From Pseudomonadota bacterium (GTDB taxonomy: Bacteria > Pseudomonadota > Alphaproteobacteria > Acetobacterales > Acetobacteraceae), in NCBI GenBank assembly GCA_021818505.1, contig JAKADX010000001.1:111432-175431 (forward strand): 64,000 nucleotides of DNA, in the 5' to 3' direction. A program made the position numbers and the translations under genes. Positions 7,686 through 15,875 of the stretch are shown here, piece after piece. The notes below the pieces were generated by a model, which saw nothing but the letters and a program-made list of their open reading frames with translations, was not told where the DNA came from and ran no database searches. How positions within the stretch are numbered: position 1 is the first letter of the stretch; every line of letters starts with the position of its first letter.

Positions 7686-8903
7686 TCACCCGCCGAGCAG
7701 GCCCCGCGTGGCCAGGTTGCGCATCAGCGCCGCGGCGCCGAAGGTCCAGCGTTCGCACTGGTCGGTGGGGCGGATGCGGTTGACCAGCCGACCGAGTTTC
7801 GGGGTGGCGATGGTGACGATATCCCCCGTCTTGTGCGTGAACCCCTTGCCCGGCGCATCGCGATCCTCGACCGGCGCGAACATCGTACCGAGGAACAGCA
7901 CCGCCCCGTCGGGATAGGCGTGATGCGCATTCAGCAACTGGCCAGCGAGGTCGGCCGGGTCGCGGGCGATGCGCGCCATCGAGGAGCTGCCCTCCAGCCG
8001 ATAATTATCCTCGCCTTCGACGGTCAGGGTGACCACCATGCGGCGGACATCATCGAGGGTGAAGCCGGCGTCGAAGAAGCGCAGGAACGGGCCGATCGCG
8101 GTCGATCCCTGGTTGTCCTTGGCCTTCGACAGCAGCAGCGCCGATCGCCCCTCGACATCGCGCAGATTGACATCATTGCCCAGCGTCGCGCCGACGATGC
8201 GCCCGGTCGAGGCGACGGCGAGCACCACTTCCGGCTCCGGATTGTTCCAGGTCGAGATGGGATGCACGCCCGCGTCCATGCCGGTGCCGACGGCGCTCAT
8301 CGGCTGCGCCTTGGTGAAGATTTCCGCATCCGGCCCGATGCCGACTTCGAGATACTGGCTCCACGCGCCCTGCTCGATCAGCACGCGCTTGAGTTCCATC
8401 GCCTGCGGCGAGCCCGGTTTGAGGCTGGCGAGGTCGCTGCCGACCAGGCGGTTGACCTGGGTGCGGATGGTCGCGGCGGCGGCCATGTCGCCACGCGCCC
8501 GCTCCTCGATCACGCGCTCCAGCATGGAAATCGGGAAAGTGACGCCGCACGCCTTGATCGCCTGCAGGTCGCAGGGTGCCAGCAGCCACGGCCGCCCCGG
8601 ATCGCGCGACTCGCGCGGCGTGTTGGCCAGGATCGCGTCAAGTTCGCCGAGCGGGTCGCCCGTCGCCGCGCGCAGCGAAGCGGCCGGGTCATCAGCCTCG
8701 CACAGATCACGCAGGGTGGGGAAAGTGGCGGTGACATCGACCACCGCGCCGTCGCGCACGGCGGCAACCGAGGGCCCGCCGACATCGGGCCGCCAGACGC
8801 GCGCCACGAGTGCGGCAGCAGTGGCATCCTCGGGAAGCGCCGGAGCGATGGCGTGACTGAGCGTGGACATGCTGCGGCCGTGACCCCCGGAAACTGGCGG
8901 CAC
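7686..8903 (-). CDS. Fumarylacetoacetate hydrolase (FAH) family protein, long form
   Basis: GATLGNDVNLRDVEGRSALLLSKAKDNQGSTAIGPF and the C-terminal FTHKTGDIVTIATPKLG are typical of the FAH fold. The likely true start is MSTLSH at 8870. Confidence 0.7.
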   Translation of the reverse strand: MPPVSGGHGRSMSTLSHAIAPALPEDATAAALVARVWRPDVGGPSVAAVRDGAVVDVTATFPTLRDLCEADDPAASLRAATGDPLGELDAILANTPRESRDPGRPWLLAPCDLQAIKACGVTFPISMLERVIEERARGDMAAAATIRTQVNRLVGSDLASLKPGSPQAMELKRVLIEQGAWSQYLEVGIGPDAEIFTKAQPMSAVGTGMDAGVHPISTWNNPEPEVVLAVASTGRIVGATLGNDVNLRDVEGRSALLLSKAKDNQGSTAIGPFLRFFDAGFTLDDVRRMVVTLTVEGEDNYRLEGSSSMARIARDPADLAGQLLNAHHAYPDGAVLFLGTMFAPVEDRDAPGKGFTHKTGDIVTIATPKLGRLVNRIRPTDQCERWTFGAAALMRNLATRGLLGG

Positions 8904-8955
8904 GAGCCTAGGGCCGCGCGCGCCGTCGCGGCAAGCGGGCGTGACGCGGCCGCCA

Positions 8956-9207
8956 CTATCCGCGTCTGAGCCAGGTCATCGAGGCGAAAGCGCCGAGCCA
9001 CGAACCGGCAGCGGCGAACAGAACATAGGCAGCGTTCTGCGTGTAGCTGATGACCGCGAACGCGGAGAGCAGGTACCACAGCGCGCTCCAGTTCGCCGCG
9101 TGCAGCCGGCGCCGTGACGCGACGGCGGCGCTGAACAGCACATAGACGGCATCGGTCAGTGCCGTGGCGGCCACGACGCCGCATGCGATCAGCGGATCGA
9201 TGCGCAT
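8956..9207 (-). CDS. Small integral membrane protein (about 83 aa, 3 predicted TM segments)
   Basis: Internal start MRIDPLIACGVVAATALTDAVYVLFSAAV...WYLLSAFAVISY...YVLFAAAGSWLGAFASMTWL. The upstream part of track ORF 8956..9363 is Arg-rich junk. Confidence 0.5.
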   Translation of the reverse strand: MRIDPLIACGVVAATALTDAVYVLFSAAVASRRRLHAANWSALWYLLSAFAVISYTQNAAYVLFAAAGSWLGAFASMTWLRRG

Positions 9208-9320
9208 GGCGCGCCGCCTCCCCGAACCACCACGCCGATGATGCGCCCAGCGGCCGGCACGGGTCGAGCATGTTCCGCCGCGGCGGCGTAGTCTGGCGGC
9301 GAGCAGAGGAGAATGCCGGC

Positions 9321-9761
9321 ATGAGCGCCGATCTGCCCCGCGTGACGCACGTGCTGGAGACATCGCTGTATGTCGCGGATCTCGACCGCGCGCGCGACTT
9401 CTATCAGTGTGTGTTCGGTTTTCCGCAGTTCATCCGTGATTCGCGCATGTGCGCGCTGGGCGTGCCCGGCGCGCAGGTTCTGCTGCTGTTCCGCCAAGGC
9501 GCCGCCGCCACCCCCGGCCACACGGCGGGCGGCACCATCCCGCCGCATGACGGACACGGCCGCCTGCACCTGTGCTTCGCCATCCCCGAGGACGATCTGC
9601 CCGGCTGGGAGCGGCGGCTGGCCAGTCTCGGCGTCGCGATCGAAAGCCGGGTCGATTGGCCGAGCGGCAGCGTCAGCCTGTATTTCCGCGACCCCGACGG
9701 CCACTCGGTAGAAGTCGCCACACCGCGGCTGTGGCCCAATTACGGGCGCGAGAGCGGCTGA
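9321..9761 (+). CDS. VOC (glyoxalase/bleomycin-resistance/dioxygenase) family protein
   Basis: ATG at 9321 preceded by gagcagaggaga. THVLETSLYVADLDRARDFYQCVFGF...HLCFAI...SLYFRDPDGHSVEV is a VOC beta-alpha-beta-beta-beta signature. Confidence 0.75.
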   Translation: MSADLPRVTHVLETSLYVADLDRARDFYQCVFGFPQFIRDSRMCALGVPGAQVLLLFRQGAAATPGHTAGGTIPPHDGHGRLHLCFAIPEDDLPGWERRLASLGVAIESRVDWPSGSVSLYFRDPDGHSVEVATPRLWPNYGRESG

Positions 9762-9776
9762 CGCTGACCCCGCGCG

Positions 9777-10964
9777 TCACGCCGCGCGCAGGTGCAGCGG
9801 CAGATGGGCGAGCGCACGCAGCGTGTTGTTATGCCGCCGCACCGGCGGCCCCGCCGGCTCAATCGCCGCCACGCGCCGCGCCAGCGCGGTCAGCAGCGCC
9901 TCGCCCTCCAGGCGCGAGAGCAACTGGCCGACGCACATGTGAACGCCGGAGCCGAAGGCGACATGGCCGGCGGTGCGGCGCGACAGGTCGTACTCGTCCG
10001 GCCGGTCCCAACGGCGCGGGTCGCGGTTGGCCGCGCAGAGGAACAACAGCACCTTGTCGCCCTCGCCCAGTGTCGTGCCGTCCACCTCGATCGGGCGCGT
10101 GGTGGTGCGGAAGAAGGTCTGCACCGGGCTTTCCAAACGCAGCGCCTCCTCGAACGCCGCGCGCGCGAGCGTGGGGTCGGCACGCAGCTGCGCGAAGGCG
10201 TGCGGAAAGGTCGCGAGGCAATGCAGCGCGGCGCCGATCGCCGAGACCGTGGTGTCCAGCCCCGCCGTGAGCAGCGAGCGCACCAGCAGCACTGCCTCCT
10301 CCGCCGTGATCTCGCCGCGATCGGCGGCGGCGTGGATGGCGGCGCCGATGCCGTCGGGGGCAAGGTTCTCGCGCCGGCACTGTGCGCCGACCCAGGCGAC
10401 GTGCGGCGCCGCCTCCGCCAGTGCTGCACGGCGGAGTTCGTTGTCGGGGCCGAAGGCATTGAAGGCGAGCGAGCCGTACGGCAGCAGGTGCTCCCTCCCC
10501 TCCCGGGTCAGTCCCATCGCATCGGGGAACACGGCGAGCGGAAACGCCTCGGCCAGTGCCGGGATGGCGTCGCATTCACCCGCCGCCAGCGCCGCCTCGA
10601 CACATTCCGCCGCCGCCTCGGCGAGCGCCGCGCGCAGCGGACGCAGCGCGGCCGGCGCCAGCGCGCGGTCGAGCACGGTGCGCGCGCGGGTATGCGCCGG
10701 GGGATCGGCCTCCAGCACCAGGCTGGGCGGACGCCACGGCTTCTCGCGCGCGAAGTCCGAGACACCGACGCCGCGCGAGGAGCAGAAGCCCTGCCAGTCG
10801 TTGAGCATGGCGTGGACCTCCTGCCAGCGCGCCGCAGCGTAAAAGCCGTGACGCGGCAGGAACACCACCGCCCCGGCATCGCGCAGCGCCGCGTGGGCGG
10901 GGAACGGATCGTCGAAGAACGACGCGGCGAACGGGTCGATGTCGAGTGCTGGCGCCTGATCCAC
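9777..10964 (-). CDS. Cytochrome P450
   Basis: 395 aa. Heme-thiolate loop FGSGVHMCVGQ, I-helix-like LLTAGLDTT, and an ExxR-type EEALRLESP motif. Confidence 0.9.
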   Translation of the reverse strand: MDQAPALDIDPFAASFFDDPFPAHAALRDAGAVVFLPRHGFYAAARWQEVHAMLNDWQGFCSSRGVGVSDFAREKPWRPPSLVLEADPPAHTRARTVLDRALAPAALRPLRAALAEAAAECVEAALAAGECDAIPALAEAFPLAVFPDAMGLTREGREHLLPYGSLAFNAFGPDNELRRAALAEAAPHVAWVGAQCRRENLAPDGIGAAIHAAADRGEITAEEAVLLVRSLLTAGLDTTVSAIGAALHCLATFPHAFAQLRADPTLARAAFEEALRLESPVQTFFRTTTRPIEVDGTTLGEGDKVLLFLCAANRDPRRWDRPDEYDLSRRTAGHVAFGSGVHMCVGQLLSRLEGEALLTALARRVAAIEPAGPPVRRHNNTLRALAHLPLHLRAA

Positions 10965-10994
10965 CGCGTTGCCTCCCGCTTTGCGCGGCAGGCT

Positions 10995-11017
10995 GCCACC
11001 GCCGCGACGGCGGTGGC
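10995..11017 (-). other. Perfect 9-bp GC hairpin between gloA and the P450 gene
   Basis: gccaccgcc-gcgac-ggcggtggc. No U-tract on either strand, so terminator function is uncertain. Confidence 0.25.
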
Positions 11018-11025
11018 AAGGCGCG

Positions 11026-11421
11026 TCAGTGCGTCTGCACGAGTTCGATCTTGTAGCCGTCGGGGTCTTCGACGAAGGCGATCACCGTGGTGCCGAATTT
11101 CACCGGCCCCGGCTCGCGCGTGATCTTCGTCCCCGCCGCGCGCATCTTCGCACAGGCGGCGTACACGTCCGGCACGCCGATCGCCAGATGGCCGAACGCG
11201 GTGCCGAGGTCGTACTTGTCCACGCCGTAGTTGTAGGTCAGTTCCAGCACGGTGTGGCTGTCCTCCGCGCCGTAGCCCATGAACACCAGCGTGTATTTCC
11301 CGTCCGGCACGTCGCGGCGGCGCAGTTCCTTCATGCCGAACATCTCGGAATAGAACTTCACGCTTCGCTCAAGGTTGCCGACGCGCAGCATGGTGTGCAG
11401 GTAGCGATAACCCTCACTCAT
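11026..11421 (-). CDS. gloA: Lactoylglutathione lyase (glyoxalase I)
   Basis: 131 aa. [17 protein letters not shown]...LELTYNYG...[14 protein letters not shown]...PDGYKIELV is very close to canonical GloA. Its ATG overlaps the lpxI stop (ATGA). Confidence 0.9.
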   Translation of the reverse strand: MSEGYRYLHTMLRVGNLERSVKFYSEMFGMKELRRRDVPDGKYTLVFMGYGAEDSHTVLELTYNYGVDKYDLGTAFGHLAIGVPDVYAACAKMRAAGTKITREPGPVKFGTTVIAFVEDPDGYKIELVQTH

Positions 11422-12284
11422 GGTTTGTCCTCCGGTTGCGAAAATTCCGCCGGGTCGATCCCCAGCACAAACAGCCCCGCCGCATCGGCCGCCGCGATCA
11501 GCCCGGCCCGGTCCGTCAGCAACGTGCCGCCGGCCTCCACCGCGATGCCACGCAGACCCGCGGCGGCGCCGGCACGCACGGTGGCAGGGCCGATGGTCGG
11601 CAGGTCGGCGCGCCGTTCCTGCCCCGGCTTGACCAGTTTGACCAGCACGCCTCCGGGACCGGGACGGCGCAGGCCGGCGGCGCGGGCCAGCATCGCGTCG
11701 GTGCCCTCGATCGCCTCGACGGCCAGCACGATGCCCTGCTGCACCACGCAGCCCTGCCCGACATCCACCCCACCCAGCGCCCGCGCCACTGCGACGCCGC
11801 GCGCGATGTCGGCCATCCCCTGCGCGTCCGCCAGCACCGCCCCAAGCGTGCCACCCGGCGCCACCGCCTCGGTCAGCACCTCATGCGCGCCGAGCACGCG
11901 GAACCCTTCTTCGGCCAGCACCCGCACGATCGCGGCGAGGAATCCGTCATCGCCGCCGAACGCGGCCCGCCCGATACGGGCGAGCAGCCGCGCCCCCTCG
12001 GCATCCGGTCGCAGGTCGAGCAGCGACGGGCGCCGGACCGGCCCGACCAGCACGACGTCGCGGCAGCCCTGGGCGCGCAGCAGCGCCAGGCTGCGCCCCG
12101 CCGCCCCCAGCCGCGCCCAGGCATGCGGAAACGGCGCCAGCACCGCGGGATCGGCATAGCCCTCCAGCCCGACCAGGAACACCGCCCGCCCCGCTGCTGC
12201 CGCCGCCGCCGCCACGCGTCCCGGCAGCGGCCCGCCGCCGGCCAGGATGCCGAGCGCCGGGCGTGGCTCAGTCGCTGCCGGCAC
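11418..12284 (-). CDS. lpxI: UDP-2,3-diacylglucosamine diphosphatase LpxI (DUF1009)
   Basis: 288 aa. [11 protein letters not shown]..., [49 protein letters not shown]. Located downstream of lpxA, as in alphaproteobacteria. Confidence 0.85.
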   Translation of the reverse strand: MPAATEPRPALGILAGGGPLPGRVAAAAAAAGRAVFLVGLEGYADPAVLAPFPHAWARLGAAGRSLALLRAQGCRDVVLVGPVRRPSLLDLRPDAEGARLLARIGRAAFGGDDGFLAAIVRVLAEEGFRVLGAHEVLTEAVAPGGTLGAVLADAQGMADIARGVAVARALGGVDVGQGCVVQQGIVLAVEAIEGTDAMLARAAGLRRPGPGGVLVKLVKPGQERRADLPTIGPATVRAGAAAGLRGIAVEAGGTLLTDRAGLIAAADAAGLFVLGIDPAEFSQPEDKP

Positions 12285-12388
12285 GACGGCAACGCGGCGA
12301 TTCCTGTTGCTCCCACCCGCGCCCTTGCGGCATAGGCAGGTCCCGGACGTTCACGCGCTCGTGAGCGATCCGGCCAGCAACCCGCCTG

Positions 12389-12619
12389 ATGGAAGAGCGA
12401 CAAGCAATGAGCAACTTGCCGGCGAACCAGCCCGACCCTGAGACGCCGAGCGCGGAGGGGCTGCTCCAATGCCTGCGAATGCTCGCCGACGAGGCGGCGA
12501 GCCTGCACCTCGCCGGCACTGCCGACGCGCTGCGCACCGCAATCGCCGTCTGCGCCGCCGAAAGCGATCCGATCAGCGCGGACACGCTGGGCGCCCCTGA
12601 CGGGGTGGTGCTGCACTAG
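12389..12619 (+). CDS. Small hypothetical protein (76 aa; possibly 70 aa from MSNL at 12407)
   Basis: It is the only ORF in the 332-bp lpxA-lpxI gap with host-like codon usage: about 64 of 76 codons end in G/C by my count. The minus-strand ORFs here are Arg/Ser-rich junk. No recognisable domain. Confidence 0.5.
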   Translation: MEERQAMSNLPANQPDPETPSAEGLLQCLRMLADEAASLHLAGTADALRTAIAVCAAESDPISADTLGAPDGVVLH

Positions 12620-13437
12620 CCGGCATCGTCGTCGCCGATATCGGCGTCGACCGCGACGCGGATCAAGCCGCGGCGACTTGGCGCCTCCACGAAGTCGAGC
12701 ACCTCGGCGACCAGCGCATCCGCGCCGAATTCCGCGCGCACCGCCGCCACCCGCGCGGCGAACACGCCGTCGCCCTTAAAGAGCATCCGGAACGCGGCGC
12801 GCAGGCGATGGATCTGCGCCCGCTGCATCCCCAGCCGCTTGAGCCGGATCAGATTGAGCCCCGCCAGCCGCGCGCGGTTGCCGACGACGCTGCCGAACGG
12901 GATCACGTCGGCCTCGACGCCGGAGACCCCGCCGACCATGGCACCGCGCCCGATGCGCACGAACTGGTGCAGCGCCGCCGCGCCGCCGATCACCGCGCCG
13001 TCGCCGATCGTGACATGGCCACCCATGACGACATTGTTGGCCACGATCACGCCGTCGCCGAGCACGCAGTCATGCGCGACATGCACCACCGCCATCAGCA
13101 GGCAGTCGGCGCCGACGCGCGTGATGCCGCTGCCGGTCACGGTGCCGCGATGGATGGTGACGTGCTCGCGCACCTGCGTGCGCGCGCCGACCTCGCAGAG
13201 CGTGTCCTCGCCGCGGTATTTCAGGTCCTGCGGTGCCAGGCCGACGGTGCAGAACGGGAACAGCCTCGCTCCCGCGCCGATGCGGGTGCGGCCGTCCACG
13301 ACGACATGGCTGACCAGTTCCGCGCCGTCCTCGATGACGACATGCGGGCCGATGCTGCACCACGGGCCGATGCGCACATCCGCGCCGATGCTCGCCTCCG
13401 GCGCCACGACCGAAGTCGCATGGATACCGCTCGCCAC
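12616..13437 (-). CDS. lpxA: Acyl-ACP--UDP-N-acetylglucosamine O-acyltransferase
   Basis: 273 aa of left-handed beta-helix hexapeptide repeats. IHATSVV...A.IG..V.IGP, and a C-terminal GLN..GLKRRG-like LAGLNLIRLKRLG. Confidence 0.9.
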   Translation of the reverse strand: MASGIHATSVVAPEASIGADVRIGPWCSIGPHVVIEDGAELVSHVVVDGRTRIGAGARLFPFCTVGLAPQDLKYRGEDTLCEVGARTQVREHVTIHRGTVTGSGITRVGADCLLMAVVHVAHDCVLGDGVIVANNVVMGGHVTIGDGAVIGGAAALHQFVRIGRGAMVGGVSGVEADVIPFGSVVGNRARLAGLNLIRLKRLGMQRAQIHRLRAAFRMLFKGDGVFAARVAAVRAEFGADALVAEVLDFVEAPSRRGLIRVAVDADIGDDDAG

Positions 13438-13455
13438 CCTGCCCGCTCCCGCGAT

Positions 13456-13950
13456 CTACCGTTCGGCTGCCCGGTCCATGATCATGGCGGCGTAGGTGGC
13501 CTCTGCCACCGACACGCCATCGACCCGCGCCTCGGCGCTGAACTTCCAGACATTGCCGCGATGGCGTTCCTTGGTGACGTGGATGCGCAACTGATCGCCC
13601 GGATGCACCGGACGGCGGAACTTGGCGTGCTCGATGGTCATGAAATACACGACCTTGCCGGCCGCCTCCGGCCCCAGTGTCTCGACCACCAGCACCGCCG
13701 CGGTCTGCGCCATGCTCTCCACGATCAGCACGCCGGGCATCACCGGATGGCCGGGGAAATGACCCTGGAAGAAGCTCTCGTTGGCTGAGACGTTCTTGAT
13801 GCCGATCGCGGAGCGGTCGGGCACGACATCGACCACGCGGTCGATCATCAGGAACGGGTAGCGGTGCGGGATCGCGTGCATGATGCGCGCGATGTCCGCC
13901 GTGATGCCGGATCCCTCAGTCTGCCCCTGCCCCGTTGCGGTACTGTCCAT
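13456..13950 (-). CDS. fabZ: 3-hydroxyacyl-ACP dehydratase
   Basis: [11 protein letters not shown]...[26 protein letters not shown] is the canonical FabZ motif. Confidence 0.92.
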   Translation of the reverse strand: MDSTATGQGQTEGSGITADIARIMHAIPHRYPFLMIDRVVDVVPDRSAIGIKNVSANESFFQGHFPGHPVMPGVLIVESMAQTAAVLVVETLGPEAAGKVVYFMTIEHAKFRRPVHPGDQLRIHVTKERHRGNVWKFSAEARVDGVSVAEATYAAMIMDRAAER

Positions 13951-13957
13951 CGCCGCT

Positions 13958-15013
13958 TCAGCCCGACTCCCCGGCCTTCTTCCCGCTCGCCATCCCCGCG
14001 CGGCCAGCCGCCAGCCGGCGCAACGTCGCCACCTGGCGGAAGAACTCCTTCACCGGCATGGCCGGGCTGCCCACCACCTCGGCTCCGTCCGGAACGTCCG
14101 CCATGACACCCGCCTGCGCACCGATGCGCGCCCGCCGGCCGATGCGCAAGTGGCCGGTCATGCCGGCCTGGCCTGCGACCATGACGAAGTCCTCCAGCAC
14201 GGTCGAGCCGGAAATCCCGGCCTGCGCGACGATCACGCAGCAGCGCCCGAGGCGCACGTTGTGCCCGATCTGCACCAGGTTGTCGAGGCGCGACCCGGCG
14301 CCGATCACCGTGTCCTGGGCCGAGCCGCGGTCGATGGTGCTGTTCGCCCCCACCTCGACGTCGTCCTCCAGGATCACCCGGCCGAGCTGCGGCACGGTCA
14401 GGAACCCCGTCTCGGTGGTGGCGAATCCGAACCCCTCCTGGCCGATCCGCGCGCCGGGATAGACATAGACGCGCGCGCCGACCAGCGCGTGGCTCAGGCT
14501 GGCATGGGCACCGATGCGGCAGTCCGGACCGAGCACCACCCCCTCGCCGATCACCGCCGCCGGCCCGATCCGGCAGCGCGGCCCGATCTCCGCCCGCGCC
14601 CTCACCACCGCGAGCGGCCCGATCTCCGCCGAGGCATCGACCACCGCCGCCGGATCGACCACGGCGGTCGGGTGCGCGCCGGGACGCGCCGGCGGCTCGG
14701 GGTGGAACAGAGCGGCGACGCGCGCCCAGCCGGCATAGGGATTGGCGGTCGGCAGGGCGGTGCACCCAGCGGGCACGCGCGCTGCAAGGTCCGGGTGCAG
14801 GATCACCGCGCCGGCCCGCGTCGCTGCCAGTTCGTCCAGGTAGCGGCGGTTGTCGAGGAAGCTCACCTCGTCCGGCCCGGCGCTTTGCAGCGGGGCCACC
14901 CCGGCGATCGGCTGGTCCGCCTGCGCCGGCTCCGGAGCGCCGCAGGCCGCGGCCACGGCCGCGAGCCTGTGCGGCCCGGTCCGGCGGAAGAACCGCGGAT
15001 CGCCGGCCACCAT
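13958..15013 (-). CDS. lpxD: UDP-3-O-acylglucosamine N-acyltransferase
   Basis: 351 aa. The N-terminal LpxD domain ([18 protein letters not shown]) is followed by hexapeptide repeats. Position is upstream of fabZ-lpxA. Confidence 0.9.
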   Translation of the reverse strand: MVAGDPRFFRRTGPHRLAAVAAACGAPEPAQADQPIAGVAPLQSAGPDEVSFLDNRRYLDELAATRAGAVILHPDLAARVPAGCTALPTANPYAGWARVAALFHPEPPARPGAHPTAVVDPAAVVDASAEIGPLAVVRARAEIGPRCRIGPAAVIGEGVVLGPDCRIGAHASLSHALVGARVYVYPGARIGQEGFGFATTETGFLTVPQLGRVILEDDVEVGANSTIDRGSAQDTVIGAGSRLDNLVQIGHNVRLGRCCVIVAQAGISGSTVLEDFVMVAGQAGMTGHLRIGRRARIGAQAGVMADVPDGAEVVGSPAMPVKEFFRQVATLRRLAAGRAGMASGKKAGESG

Positions 15014-15020
15014 CGCCGCG

Positions 15021-15875
15021 CTACTGCGCCGGCGCCGCCGCCGGCTTGGCGGCCTCCGCCGGCTTGGCCGGCGCCGGTGTCGGCTTCATTTTCTTCAGTT
15101 CGGCCACCATCGCCGAGGGGGAGACGCCTTCCGGCGGCACCACCACAGCCGGCAGCACCTTGTTGAGCTGCTCGGCGACCTGCGGGGTGATGTCGAACTG
15201 GTTGACGTTCAGTGCCACCTGCGAACGGTGCAGCACCAGATTCATGCCCCGCGACTCCGCCACCTGACGGATCACGGAGACCAGCGTGCGCTCGATCTGC
15301 GCCAGCGCGTACTGCGCCGCCTCCTGGATGATGCGGTTGCGCTCGCGGAAGGTGCGCTGCGCGTTGGTGATCCGCTCCTGCAGCGCACGTTCGCGCGAGC
15401 GGATCTGATCGGCCGTCAGCTTGCCGCGGTCATTGGCCAGCGCCTGCTGCATGTCACGCCAGGCCTGCTGCTCCTTCTGGGCGTCGTCGTTCAGCTTGCT
15501 GCGCCGCTCGCTGATGATCTTCTCGACCGCCTGCGCGGCGGTCGAGGCCCGCATGACCTCGGGGACGCCGAGCACGCCGATCACCGCCGCCGGCGGCGAC
15601 TCGCCCTTGGCGACCGGCGGCAGTTCCGGCGCTGGCGGCAGGTCGGACTCCGCCGGCATCGGAAGCGGTGCCTCGGCCTCGCCGGGCGCCACCGCCCCCG
15701 TCCCGCCGGGCACCGCATTGGGCCGCGTGGCGGGCCGCGCCGTTCGCGGCACGGGCGACGCCTTCGGCTGATTGGGGATGAAGTAGTCCTGGTTCTGCGC
15801 CGCCGCCGGCGGCGTCAGATGCATCAGGAAGGTAGCGGCGAGCGCCGCTATAGCCAGGGAACGCAGGGTGCGCAC
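15021..15875 (-). CDS. skp: OmpH/Skp family periplasmic chaperone with long Pro-rich N- and C-terminal extensions
   Basis: Signal peptide MRTLRSLAIAALAATFLMHL..AAAQ. Core region VIGVLGVPEVMRAS...coiled-coil...ESRGMNLVLHRSQV. Sits between bamA and lpxD. Confidence 0.8.
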   Translation of the reverse strand: MRTLRSLAIAALAATFLMHLTPPAAAQNQDYFIPNQPKASPVPRTARPATRPNAVPGGTGAVAPGEAEAPLPMPAESDLPPAPELPPVAKGESPPAAVIGVLGVPEVMRASTAAQAVEKIISERRSKLNDDAQKEQQAWRDMQQALANDRGKLTADQIRSRERALQERITNAQRTFRERNRIIQEAAQYALAQIERTLVSVIRQVAESRGMNLVLHRSQVALNVNQFDITPQVAEQLNKVLPAVVVPPEGVSPSAMVAELKKMKPTPAPAKPAEAAKPAAAPAQ

